From IMG/VR virus record IMGVR_UViG_3300048930_000528, positions 1 to 64,000 of that record: 64,000 nt of DNA; one strand, written 5' to 3'. The translations under genes were made by a program, and so were the position numbers. Numbering within the stretch: position 1 is the stretch's first letter; each line of letters opens with the position of its first letter. This document shows, in pieces, positions 20,254-29,393 of the stretch. The DNA is from a virus. The notes under the pieces were generated by a model. It ran no database searches. It had not been told where the DNA came from and was given only the letters and a program-made list of their open reading frames with translations.

Positions 20254-20429
20254 GTGCGATCGGTTTCGAGCAGGGCGGCAAGCTCCGCCTTGGTGATGGT
20301 GATGGGCCGCAGCCGCTCTAGGACGCTTTTGGCAAGGTTAGGAGTCGGATCAGGGGGAGAAACTCCTTCTCCCACCACGGGCTCTTGCGCAGGTACATGA
20401 ACCGTTTCTCCGGAGGTCTCTTCTGACAT
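19914..20429 (-). CDS. Hypothetical helical protein
   Basis: 171-aa ORF with amphipathic helices; overlaps both neighbours. Confidence 0.45.
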   Translation of the reverse strand: MSEETSGETVHVPAQEPVVGEGVSPPDPTPNLAKSVLERLRPITITKAELAALLETDRTWKRIQREITEAETRKLPTPEEVKKAFQAASKSYARYLAMANQRVHRDLKLEMLQSQLKRRAVEVERMARARRIHEIRRQLGAKWQVDPSLAVGGPGRKPRSRPSPETISFEP

Positions 20430-20743
20430 ATCAGTTCGTAGGATTTCTTGCGGTTTCGGTCTTGTGGGTTGAGCGGGTCGAAGCCGCAGGCCGCAATGAA
20501 TCGCTCAGCCTCCGGGATCGTGATGCCGTCCCAACTCGTGGACATGATGATCTCGCGCAGGCGCGGCGGCGCGATGCCGCTGGCAATGGCAAGCTCCTCA
20601 AAGGAGACGGCACGCACGTGCTTCCCGCGGATGCGGCGGCGCGCCATCAGGCGAATCATCGCCGGGGGCGTGGACGCAAGAATGCGCCACGCACTTGGCG
20701 CAGTCGAAGGCGGGCGGGGCTGCTTGGGTTTCTTGGCGCGCAT
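20318..20743 (-). CDS. Hypothetical HTH-like protein
   Basis: SFEELAIASGIAPPRLREI; TGATG overlap with upstream gene. Confidence 0.55.
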   Translation of the reverse strand: MRAKKPKQPRPPSTAPSAWRILASTPPAMIRLMARRRIRGKHVRAVSFEELAIASGIAPPRLREIIMSTSWDGITIPEAERFIAACGFDPLNPQDRNRKKSYELICQKRPPEKRFMYLRKSPWWEKEFLPLIRLLTLPKAS

Positions 20744-20967
20744 CAGAGGTTGCCCGAGGCCCATACCTTGCTGACGGTCGCCATCTTCTTCATGTCAGCG
20801 AGCTTGGCCTCGTCTTGGCAGGACGTGTCGAACAGCACCTGCCGCGTGACCTCTCCGGTCTGTGGGTTGGTGGCGAGTCCGACGATGATGTAGGTGTCGA
20901 ACACCTCCTGTAGGCGAGGGGCGACGGTCTTGGCGATCTGGATTGCTCCGGGGGATAGCTGGGACAT
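20743..20967 (-). CDS. Hypothetical protein, first gene of leftward operon
   Basis: AAGGA RBS before ATG at 20967. Confidence 0.65.
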   Translation of the reverse strand: MSQLSPGAIQIAKTVAPRLQEVFDTYIIVGLATNPQTGEVTRQVLFDTSCQDEAKLADMKKMATVSKVWASGNL

Positions 20968-21208
20968 GGTCCTTGTTTTTACCTAATCAAATGCGCCGTC
21001 AAGGTTAACTGCTCTTTACTGTTCCTCGTTTTGCCTCGCCTCTCAAATTATCCACAGGCGGGGTGTTACAGTCTTTTGCTCTAGTTCTTTCCTAAATCGC
21101 TGCTGCTACGAGGCTAGCTTAATAAGCGTGTCCTTCTTAGGTTGACAGATTTGTACCATTTTGCACCCTTTTGCTTGTTCCTTCCTGTGCAGGGAACAGT
21201 TCCCGACG
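20968..21208. promoter_or_regulatory. AT-rich divergent intergenic region, candidate attP/promoters
   Basis: Adjacent to integrase; 10-bp-phased repeats ttgtacc/ttgcacc at 21151-21167; TTATCCACA at 21048-21056; TTGACA at 21142. Confidence 0.4.
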
Positions 21209-22282
21209 ATGCCTCGCCAGCTGACACTCAAGCCGAAGTTCACTCCGTCCCACCCGTCGGCGCCGTGGCGCGTGTACTTCCGCGGCAAGAGCTACTGGTT
21301 CAAGAACGAGGCCGACGCTGTGGCGAAGGCGAAGGATCTGCGTGGCGGCAAGTCGGACCTGACGCTGCGCGAGAGCGACGAGTATCGCTACGCGCGCCAG
21401 CTCCTCGGCCGGGTGCCACTGCTTGAGGCGGTCCGGTTCTACCTCGAGCGGAACCCTACCACCGATCCTACCATGACCGTCGGTGAGGCGATCACGGCGC
21501 ACCTGGCGCGGGCGACCGGCAGGCCGGACTACATGGAGAAAAAGCGATACTTCCTCGGGATTGTCTCTGAGCGGCTGGGCAACGAGAAGCTGGCCGTTGT
21601 CGGACCGGCAAGCGTGCAGGCGCTGATCGACTCGATGACGTCGAAGTGGGGGGCCAACGACGTGCTGAGGCACGCGCGCATTTTCTTCCGCGACTGCATT
21701 CGCCTCAAACTCCTCCGCGAAGATCCGACCGCGGCGTTTCAGGAGCAGAAGGTTCTGCCGAGCAAAGTCATTCTCACCGTCGAAGACACGGCGCACATCC
21801 TGAAGGTCTGCAAGGCACAGTTCCCGGAGATCCTGCCGGCAGTGGCGCTGCAACTCTTCACAGGAATCCGCACGAGTGAAGTGACCCGGTTGGAGTGGAA
21901 GGACGTGCGACTCGGCTCGCTGGTGAACATCGAGCCCCAGGTGGCGAAGACGAGCGAGCGGCGCGTGATAGACTGGTGGCCGGAGGCGCTGACGCACTGG
22001 ATGCCGGCCAAGGCAGGCGAGGGGCCTGTGACGGTTCAGCCCAAGAGCTACGAGGCGCACAAGTGGCAGCTCATCATGGTCTGCAAGGCGTCGAAGTCCG
22101 ACTTCAAGTTTGGGCAGAACGCCTTCCGCCACAGCTTCGCCAGCTTCGGGTGTGCCTACTTCCAGAACGCCGGCAAGGTCGCGCTCCTCATGGGGCACCG
22201 CGACGTGAACATGCTGTTCCGCCACTACCGCGACTACCGCACGAAGGAAGAGGCCGACCGGTACTTTGGCCTACGGCCGTAG
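21209..22282 (+). CDS. int: Tyrosine integrase
   Basis: TGIRTSE (R), AKT (K), NAFRHSF, MGH, HY catalytic motifs; N-terminal arm-binding-like domain. Confidence 0.9.
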   Translation: MPRQLTLKPKFTPSHPSAPWRVYFRGKSYWFKNEADAVAKAKDLRGGKSDLTLRESDEYRYARQLLGRVPLLEAVRFYLERNPTTDPTMTVGEAITAHLARATGRPDYMEKKRYFLGIVSERLGNEKLAVVGPASVQALIDSMTSKWGANDVLRHARIFFRDCIRLKLLREDPTAAFQEQKVLPSKVILTVEDTAHILKVCKAQFPEILPAVALQLFTGIRTSEVTRLEWKDVRLGSLVNIEPQVAKTSERRVIDWWPEALTHWMPAKAGEGPVTVQPKSYEAHKWQLIMVCKASKSDFKFGQNAFRHSFASFGCAYFQNAGKVALLMGHRDVNMLFRHYRDYRTKEEADRYFGLRP

Positions 22283-22285
22283 ATT

Positions 22286-22495
22286 TTAGCGCGCTGAGTT
22301 ACGCCCACCGTCGTAGCCGCCGTCGCCCCAGCCGCCTGACTCGCCCATGAAAAGGGTGACAACCAAGGCGAGTGCCATTCCGCCGACTACTGCGTAGCCA
22401 ACAGCCCGCCCTATGCGACTACCAATAGATGGCGCATCGAGTGCAAGGCCAACGATAGCAGGAATGATAACGAAGAGGATGATTAGGATCTTCAC
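22286..22495 (-). CDS. Small two-TM membrane protein (lysogenic conversion/exclusion candidate)
   Basis: Two hydrophobic helices, lower GC, co-oriented with repressor-like gene. Confidence 0.55.
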   Translation of the reverse strand: MKILIILFVIIPAIVGLALDAPSIGSRIGRAVGYAVVGGMALALVVTLFMGESGGWGDGGYDGGRNSAR

Positions 22496-22639
22496 GGTTT
22501 TGTCTTAATTAGTCTGCTTTTGTGACGCAATACCGTGCGTGGATTCCGGCAAGGTAATTGACTTTCGGATACATCGGCGCGCGACAAAGTGCAATTCAGA
22601 CGTGCTACGAATCGCGTTGGCGTGCATGTGCGACAAGTG

Positions 22640-22873
22640 CTACGCCGGCTTTTTACGCGAGCTCGTGCCGCTTCGACGCGAGTCCTCCTCCGAAAGAATC
22701 TGCTCTAGGTCTGAATCTGAAGACTCTTCGGCAAGGATAAGCCTTTCGACCAAGTCGGAGAGGCTATCGTAGCCGCGGCGACGCGCCAATGCGCGGCCCA
22801 TCGATTTGACCTCTGGATCGAGTGTCAGCGTGATTTTTTCACGGAGGTTTTCACCTTTTCTTGGGCGCCCCAT
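22640..22873 (-). CDS. Ribbon-helix-helix regulator (repressor candidate)
   Basis: EKITLTLD strand, helix, SLSDLVERLI helix. Confidence 0.75.
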   Translation of the reverse strand: MGRPRKGENLREKITLTLDPEVKSMGRALARRRGYDSLSDLVERLILAEESSDSDLEQILSEEDSRRSGTSSRKKPA

Positions 22874-22954
22874 CAGAGGTATTTTGTACGTACATAACCG
22901 AACGGGCTCAAGTTTTTTCTTTACGCCTTATTTTATCCGTGCGTAATTCCGCCC
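22874..22954. promoter_or_regulatory. Divergent promoter/operator region
   Basis: Palindrome TGTACGTACA 22885-22894; inverted TTACGC..GCGTAA 22921-22946. Confidence 0.55.
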
Positions 22955-23176
22955 ATGTCACGACCCCGTGTAAAAAAGGACGGCCGGAAGGTTACTTTGT
23001 ACATGGCCTCTGGGATTATCGCCATGGGCCGAAACACTGCCAAGAAGCGAGGCACCATGTCTTTGTCGAACTTGGTCGAACGCCTGATCATTGACGCCGA
23101 CGCAAAAGACAGGGCGAAGGCCGCCCGACGAATGGCAGCAGTAAGTAAGCCCGTTCAGGCCGTACATTCCGCCTAA
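22955..23176 (+). CDS. Ribbon-helix-helix regulator (Cro-position paralog)
   Basis: RKVTLYMA strand, SLSNLVERLI helix; similar to 22640..22873. Confidence 0.7.
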   Translation: MSRPRVKKDGRKVTLYMASGIIAMGRNTAKKRGTMSLSNLVERLIIDADAKDRAKAARRMAAVSKPVQAVHSA

Positions 23177-23179
23177 GCC

Positions 23180-23401
23180 ATGACCCCCCGCGGCTACATC
23201 CACGGCGACACCGCCGCCGCGAAGTACCTCGGTCTTAAGGACCGCAAGGGCCTCCGCCGCTGGCAGGACGACCCGACGCTCCCTCTGCGCGAGCTGCTCA
23301 CGCCCCGCATCATCAACGGCCACCGCTACTACAAGGTGGCCAACCTCGACCGCTTTATGGACCCGGCGCTCAACACCCCGGCGTCCGCCACCCGCAACTA
23401 A
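23180..23401 (+). CDS. Excisionase-like winged HTH protein
   Basis: AAAKYLG..LRRW..RYYKVANLDRF MerR/Xis-like pattern. Confidence 0.6.
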   Translation: MTPRGYIHGDTAAAKYLGLKDRKGLRRWQDDPTLPLRELLTPRIINGHRYYKVANLDRFMDPALNTPASATRN

Positions 23402-23410
23402 ACCACCGAC

Positions 23411-24628
23411 ATGAGTACAGCCATAGTTCCCGTAGACGAAAATTCCGGCTCCTACTTCTCCAACCCGAGCAAGTTCGAGCTGATCCAGCGCGTCGCGAAG
23501 GTCTTCGCCGAAAGCCAGCTGGTTCCCGCCGCGTTCCAAAAGAACGTCCCCAACTGCATCATCGCCGTGGAGATGGCCGAGCGCATGAGCGCCAGCCCGC
23601 TCATGGTGATCCAGAACCTCAACATCATTCACGGAAAGCCATCCTTCGGCGCAGCGTTCCTGATCGGCTCGATCAATTCGTGCGGCCGGTTCACGCCCCT
23701 TCGCTTCGACGTGTCGGGCGAGGGCGACGACAAGACGTGCGTCGCGTGGGCGTTCCAGAAGTCCGCCGCCAATCGCTCCGAGGAAATCGCCGCCTGCGCC
23801 ACCCTGGCCGAGGCGCGCAAGAAAAACCTTCCGGTGCTGGAGTCCGCTCCGGTCTCGATCAAGATCGCCAAGGACGAGGGCTGGTTCGGCAAGGCTGGCT
23901 CGAAGTGGAAGACCATGCCCGACCTGATGCTGCGCTACCGCGCGGCCACGTGGTTCTCGCGCATGTACGCGCCGGACGTCGCGATGGGCATGCCGACGCA
24001 GGAAGAGGTCATCGACGTGGAGGCGCCGCCGGAGGTCATGCCGGATCCGGTTGTCCGCCAGCCGCCGACCAAGGGCATCGCAGCGGCCATCGCTGCCGCG
24101 AAGGACCCCGTCGTCGACGCCGAGCCGCCCGCACCTCCGGCAGAGGAAGCCAAGGCCGAGCCGCCGAAGGCCGAGGAGAAGCCCAGGCGCACACGCAGCA
24201 AGGCGGCAGAAAGCACGCCTGCGCCCGCACCCGAGAAGCCGGCTGAACCGACGCCAGCGAGTAACCCCGATTTGGAGGCTGCAACGCCCCCGCCCGCGCA
24301 GCCCCCGGCTGCTACGCCCGCCCCCGGCGAAAACCCCGCACCGGCGGCACCCGCCAAGCCGGCGGCGGAGCCTGCGACGGACCTCGGCCTGGATGATCCG
24401 CCCGAATTGCCAACAAAGCGCGACGAGCTGATCGAAGTGCTTGAGCGGCCCACCGCCAACGGCGTGGTCTTTGAGATGACGTTCCAGTCGGGCTTCGTGG
24501 CGTTCTGGAACGGCAAGAAGACCGACATTCCCAGCACCGGGTCGCTGGTCGACGTCGCATACGAGGAGCGCGTCAGCCCCAAGGGCCGGAAGCTCAACCT
24601 CGCCACCAAGCTCACCGTCGTCGCCTGA
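23411..24628 (+). CDS. RecT/Red-beta-like single-strand annealing protein
   Basis: SQLVPAAFQ..NCIIAVEMA..VIQNLNIIHGKPS; SKWKTMPDLMLRYRAA; Pro-rich linker and C-terminal domain. Confidence 0.8.
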   Translation: MSTAIVPVDENSGSYFSNPSKFELIQRVAKVFAESQLVPAAFQKNVPNCIIAVEMAERMSASPLMVIQNLNIIHGKPSFGAAFLIGSINSCGRFTPLRFDVSGEGDDKTCVAWAFQKSAANRSEEIAACATLAEARKKNLPVLESAPVSIKIAKDEGWFGKAGSKWKTMPDLMLRYRAATWFSRMYAPDVAMGMPTQEEVIDVEAPPEVMPDPVVRQPPTKGIAAAIAAAKDPVVDAEPPAPPAEEAKAEPPKAEEKPRRTRSKAAESTPAPAPEKPAEPTPASNPDLEAATPPPAQPPAATPAPGENPAPAAPAKPAAEPATDLGLDDPPELPTKRDELIEVLERPTANGVVFEMTFQSGFVAFWNGKKTDIPSTGSLVDVAYEERVSPKGRKLNLATKLTVVA

Positions 24629-24633
24629 GCCCC

Positions 24634-24906
24634 ATGCCATTGCGACTTCCTATCGCGGCGGCCAAGAATGTGGCCACGAAGTATTCATGCCGTCAGGTCA
24701 TACTGATGGCATGGGATGGCGAGCGAACGCACTGCGTCACCTACGGTAAGACCGCCGAAGACTGCGACCAAGCCGCGCAGGGCGGTAATCGGATCAAGGC
24801 CGCGCTTGGATGGCCAGAGTCGCTGATGGCCGAACCGAGCCGCGTAAAGAAGCTCAAGGCACGTATCGCTGAACTGGAGGCGTCTATCAAAATAGCCCAT
24901 GAATAA
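24634..24906 (+). CDS. Hypothetical protein
   Basis: 90-aa ORF filling gap in operon. Confidence 0.6.
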   Translation: MPLRLPIAAAKNVATKYSCRQVILMAWDGERTHCVTYGKTAEDCDQAAQGGNRIKAALGWPESLMAEPSRVKKLKARIAELEASIKIAHE

Positions 24907-26065
24907 GCCCCGTATCCGCTGCAGTGGCCTCGACCGGTTCCTGAACTGCCCAGGGTCGTACGCGTTGTCTGAACTTGTCGCCGAACGAGTGATCGATTTC
25001 GGCGACGAGGGCGGCGACGATATGACGTGGTCGGGAAACTGGATTCACTACCAGTCGGCCAAGGCCAAGGTGGAGCGATACGGGGCTTTCGCACCGGAGG
25101 GCGGGCTCGAGCCGCCCGTCCTCCCGCGCGGATGGAAGCCGGCGAAGTGGGACGAGTCCCGCCTGCGGTGGTTCGTGTTCACGTCGGCGGAAATGACGCC
25201 ACCGGATCACGTGATCTTCGTCGAGCATGCGTTCGAGTGGGAGTTTGACCGCTTCATCCTGACCGGACACATCGACGAGTTCACGCTGAACCCGGCCGTC
25301 ACCGAGTTCATCATCAACGACCAAAAGACCGGCCCCAACGAGGTCGATCCTGCCGACCAAAACTGGCAGCTGGCCGGGTACGCCACGCTTCTGTGGAAGA
25401 AGTACCCGTCTCTCAGGCGCGGCCTCGTGCGTATCTTCCAGAAGCTGTCTTCCAACCCCGTCACGGAGGGCGAAGTCGAAGACATCCCCGTCGTCGCGGA
25501 CTATTTGGAGAAGAAGATCAACGAGGCGCTCGACCAACCCTATACCTTCGTCACGGGATACAAGCAGTGCCGCCTCTGCGAGCACGTGACGTACGCATGC
25601 CCGGCGTTCCGGGCGGAGATCCAACGCATGAAGATGGAATTGACCAAGGAAAAGCTGGAAGCCCTCAATGTCACGCCCTCGCTCAAGGAATTTGGCGAGT
25701 TCGCTGCGCAGTGCCGTGCCGTGCGCGGGCCTATCGACCGGATCATCGACCTTCTGCGCTCCAGAATCGAGAAGGAGGGCACCGTGCAGCTGGCGGATGG
25801 CACGCTGATCGCCCTCGTTGACGCACTCGGCAACCGCGAGGTCACCAACGTCCGCCTGGCCATCGAACTTCTGCGCGACGACCTCGGCGATGAGGTTTGG
25901 GAGACGCTCAAGATGAGCCTGAGTGAGGTGGAGGACCGCTTGCACGCAGCCGGTATGCAGAAAACCACGAAGAAGCCCGACGTCATGTCGGTGGAAAAGT
26001 ACGTGAAGACAAAACTCGGCCACATCATTGACCGCCCTGTCCAGAAGCGCCTCAAATGGTCCTGA
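24899..26065 (+). CDS. PD-(D/E)XK exonuclease, Cas4/DUF2800-like
   Basis: GHID, DQKTG, QLAGYA; cysteines NCPGS and CRLC..ACP; partner of SSAP. Confidence 0.8.
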   Translation: MNKPRIRCSGLDRFLNCPGSYALSELVAERVIDFGDEGGDDMTWSGNWIHYQSAKAKVERYGAFAPEGGLEPPVLPRGWKPAKWDESRLRWFVFTSAEMTPPDHVIFVEHAFEWEFDRFILTGHIDEFTLNPAVTEFIINDQKTGPNEVDPADQNWQLAGYATLLWKKYPSLRRGLVRIFQKLSSNPVTEGEVEDIPVVADYLEKKINEALDQPYTFVTGYKQCRLCEHVTYACPAFRAEIQRMKMELTKEKLEALNVTPSLKEFGEFAAQCRAVRGPIDRIIDLLRSRIEKEGTVQLADGTLIALVDALGNREVTNVRLAIELLRDDLGDEVWETLKMSLSEVEDRLHAAGMQKTTKKPDVMSVEKYVKTKLGHIIDRPVQKRLKWS

Positions 26066-26066
26066 A

Positions 26067-26504
26067 ATGTCACCCCAAACCGTAGCTTTCACGATCCCAG
26101 GGGCGCCGGCAACGATCACAGCCCAGCAGAAGGGGGTGAACTTCAAGAGCCGGGCCTTCTACACGAAGGCAGACGTCAAGCGAGAGGCTCGAAGGCTGCG
26201 CGGCTACGCTCGGCCGCACCGCCCCAGTCAGCCAATGAGTGGTCCGGTGTATTGCCTGATTCGCTACGTGTACCCGATGACCCAAAATCTCGCCAAGAAG
26301 CACGCCGACAAGCTCTCAGTCGAAAATTTCACCCTTTTACACACTCAGAAACCCGATGCTGACAACTCTTCCAAGCTCCTCCTCGACGTCCTCACCGAAT
26401 GCGGGTTCTGGATCGACGACAAGCAGGTCTGCGACCTCTGCCTACAGAAGCGTTACGGCTCCGAACCTCGGATCGACGTCATCATCACCGAGTTCGAGTC
26501 GTGA
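26067..26504 (+). CDS. rusA: RusA-family Holliday junction resolvase
   Basis: KPDADN..K...D and DDKQV motifs. Confidence 0.85.
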   Translation: MSPQTVAFTIPGAPATITAQQKGVNFKSRAFYTKADVKREARRLRGYARPHRPSQPMSGPVYCLIRYVYPMTQNLAKKHADKLSVENFTLLHTQKPDADNSSKLLLDVLTECGFWIDDKQVCDLCLQKRYGSEPRIDVIITEFES

Positions 26505-26636
26505 ACCAAGCGATGTGACCACGGTTTGGGCTGATGGCACCGTGTTCCGGCGCATGTACGGCCGCAATTTCGACCGCCAGCTTGCCAGTATCCCGTCGAT
26601 TCCCCCTGAACTGCTCGATCTTTCGGAGTTTGGCCT

Positions 26637-29393
26637 GTGAAACTGTGCGATTTCGAGCTCCTCGACGACGTCACTGAGCCAGTGAAGGCGGCTACGGTGT
26701 CTCCATCCCGTGCATACGGGCTTCGTCCGTACCAAGCGGAGGCCTTCGACGCGATTTACCGCGGCTGGGAAGACCCGGAGGTGCGCGTGCAGATGATTGT
26801 GAAAGCCACGGGATGCTTTCGGAAGGGAACGCCCGTGTTGATGTTTGATGGAAGCGTTAAAGCTATCGAGGACGTCTCCGTAGGGGAGCGGTTGATGGGT
26901 CCAGACAGCCGTCCGCGGTGCGTGATCAGCTTGGCCCAAGGCCACGAGCAAATGTACGAGATTCGTCCGACCAAGGGGGCTTCTCATGTGGTCAACCGTA
27001 GCCATGTCCTGACACTTCTGCGCATCCCTCGCCGGCCTAGTGAGCAATCTAAGGTAGTCGACATGCCACTTGTTGAGTACCTAAACCAGAGCCGTACACA
27101 AAAGCACCTTCTAAAACTTTTCAGGCCCCAATGTGTAGAGTTTGAGGGCACCAATCAGGCGCTTCCCGTGGATCCGTATTTCATGGGGGTTTATCTTGGC
27201 GACGGATCTTGCCTGCATCGCCATTACGGGCGCTGGTCATCCCTCAAAGCTGTCGCCATTACGACCGCAGACCCGGAGATTGTAGCCTCGATCAACGAGA
27301 CTGCATCGAAGCATGGGCTCAATGTGCGTGCTGAGTCTCAAGAGGGCAACAAATCCAAGACCTATCACCTATTCGGAAAGCAGGGGCGCGGCCAGCGGAA
27401 CACGCTGTCACGCATCATGGATTCGCTGGGTGTGTGTTTGGATTCTGGAGCAAAATTCATTCCTCGCGAATACAAGACTGCCAGCATTGCTGAGCGCGCA
27501 GAACTTCTCGCTGGCCTGATTGATACTGATGGAAGTCTCCATGGGTGTGCGGGCTTTGATTTCGTATCCAAGTCGAAGCAGTTAGCCGAGGACGTCGCGT
27601 TCGTTTCTCGTTCCTTGGGGCTGGCTGCTTACGTTAGTCCATGCCGTAAGGGCTGTCAGACGGGTGCAGTTGGTGATTACTACCGGGTATCTATCTCTGG
27701 CGACTGCTCAATTGTTCCATGCCGGCTACCAAGGAAGAAAGCACCGGCAAGAAGGCAGCGGAAGAGCGTCTTGCGGACGGGCTTTTCCGTTCTACCACTT
27801 GGGGTTGAGGAATACTTTGGGTTTTCGCTCGCTGGGGAAGACGGAAGATTCCTGCTAGGCGACTTCACCGTTACCCACAACACCGGCAAGACGGTGCTGT
27901 TCAGCGCAATCGCCAAACACGAGTCCGGACTCGGCCACAAGGTGCTGATTCTGGCCCACACGGACGAGTTGGTTGACCAAGCGATCGACAAATACGCGAA
28001 GCTGATGGGCATGCGGGCCGAAAAAGAGAAGGCCGGCAGCTACGCGAGCCGCTTTGCGAAGACCGTTGTCGGCTCCGTGCAGACCATGGCCGGAAACATG
28101 CGCCTCTCAAGCTGGCCGAAGGGTCATTTTCACACGATCATCGTAGACGAGGCCCACCGTGTCCTGGCCGAGTCCTACCAAAAGGTGCTGAAGCACTTCA
28201 TGGCGGGCGGCGCCCGCGTGATTTGCGTCACTGCAACCCCTGACCGAGGCGATAACCGGCCACTCGGGGAGTTTGTGGACCGTATTTCCTACGAGTACGG
28301 ACTGCTTCATGCCGTCCGGGACGGCTGGCTGATTCGCCCTATCGTGAAAACTATGCCCGTCACGATCGACCTGAACGGCGTTCGCACGAAAAGCCACGAC
28401 TTTGACCAGTCTGAGGTCAGTCATCGACTCGTTCCGTTCATGGCTGCCATCGCCGACGCCATCAAGAAGGCCGCTCCGAACGGCAAGATCATGATTTTCC
28501 TACCGTCGGTTGAGACCGCGCAGATCATGAGTCGCCACATGAACGAGGTCGGCATCACGTGCGACTGGGTGGCCGGCATTTCCGAAGACCGGAAGGCGAA
28601 GATTCAGGCCTACAAGGCGGGGAAAATCCAAGCCATCTGCAACATGGCTCTGCTGACCGAAGGATTCGACCACGACGCCATCGACACGATGGTCATTCTG
28701 CGCCCGACGAAGGTGCGTAGTCTCTACAGCCAAATGGTCGGCCGCGGTACTCGTCCGCTGAATACGATTATCGGAGCCCTGTCGAAGGCGTCGAATGCAC
28801 TGGAGCGCCACGCCATCATCAAGGCATCGGCCAAACCGGTGCTGACCATCTTGGATTTCCTCTGGCTCTACAAGAAGCATGACCTCTGCAAGCCGGCGTC
28901 GCTCGTGTCTGACCGCGAGGACGTCGCCGAGCAGGTCGAAAAGAACATCGAGGCCACGGACGGCGACCTGATTGCAGCCGAGGAGCGCGCCGAGGTGGAC
29001 CTGCTGGCCAAGCTGGAGGAGGCGGTGCGCAAAAACTCCGACCGGAAGGCCGAGGTTGTGGACCCGCTCGCCCTGGCCGCGGAGCTGGGCGACCTTGAAA
29101 TTGCCAACTACACGCCGGACACCAAGCGCGACGCACAGATCCCGACCGTCGAGCAGCTGCGGCAGATCGCAGCCAATGGGGTCAGTGTGGCCAACATCAA
29201 GCACCGGGGACACGCCCGTCTGATTCTTGAGCGGTTGGTCAAGCGGCACGAGCAAGGCCTTTGCCCTGCGCGCCAACTCAACTTCCTACGGACCCTCGGG
29301 ATCGATGCAGCCCACATGAGCTTTCAGGAGGCCAACGACGCCATCAACAAGTGGACCGCCGAGCAGGGCGGAAGGAAGGACGTGATCGCATGA
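26637..29393 (+). CDS. SF2 (ResIII/DEAH) helicase with intein
   Basis: LRPYQ, ATG|TGKT split by intein, DEAH, TATP, LTEGFD, QMVGRGTR. Confidence 0.9.
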   Translation: MKLCDFELLDDVTEPVKAATVSPSRAYGLRPYQAEAFDAIYRGWEDPEVRVQMIVKATGCFRKGTPVLMFDGSVKAIEDVSVGERLMGPDSRPRCVISLAQGHEQMYEIRPTKGASHVVNRSHVLTLLRIPRRPSEQSKVVDMPLVEYLNQSRTQKHLLKLFRPQCVEFEGTNQALPVDPYFMGVYLGDGSCLHRHYGRWSSLKAVAITTADPEIVASINETASKHGLNVRAESQEGNKSKTYHLFGKQGRGQRNTLSRIMDSLGVCLDSGAKFIPREYKTASIAERAELLAGLIDTDGSLHGCAGFDFVSKSKQLAEDVAFVSRSLGLAAYVSPCRKGCQTGAVGDYYRVSISGDCSIVPCRLPRKKAPARRQRKSVLRTGFSVLPLGVEEYFGFSLAGEDGRFLLGDFTVTHNTGKTVLFSAIAKHESGLGHKVLILAHTDELVDQAIDKYAKLMGMRAEKEKAGSYASRFAKTVVGSVQTMAGNMRLSSWPKGHFHTIIVDEAHRVLAESYQKVLKHFMAGGARVICVTATPDRGDNRPLGEFVDRISYEYGLLHAVRDGWLIRPIVKTMPVTIDLNGVRTKSHDFDQSEVSHRLVPFMAAIADAIKKAAPNGKIMIFLPSVETAQIMSRHMNEVGITCDWVAGISEDRKAKIQAYKAGKIQAICNMALLTEGFDHDAIDTMVILRPTKVRSLYSQMVGRGTRPLNTIIGALSKASNALERHAIIKASAKPVLTILDFLWLYKKHDLCKPASLVSDREDVAEQVEKNIEATDGDLIAAEERAEVDLLAKLEEAVRKNSDRKAEVVDPLALAAELGDLEIANYTPDTKRDAQIPTVEQLRQIAANGVSVANIKHRGHARLILERLVKRHEQGLCPARQLNFLRTLGIDAAHMSFQEANDAINKWTAEQGGRKDVIA
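26814..27881 (+). mobile_element. Intein with LAGLIDADG homing endonuclease (356 aa)
   Basis: Starts CFRKGT, LAGLIDTDG, ends VTHN followed by Thr; lower GC. Confidence 0.92.

Noticed and set aside
22958-24640. 560-aa minus-strand ORF and similar long antisense ORFs (24887..26146, 21137..22225, 50495..51811, 60536..61879)
   Set aside because: Shadow frames of well-supported genes in GC-rich DNA; no motifs.
26500-26550. GTGAACCAAGCGATG resembling an attC arm
   Set aside because: No complementary arm or matching core; lies at a gene junction.
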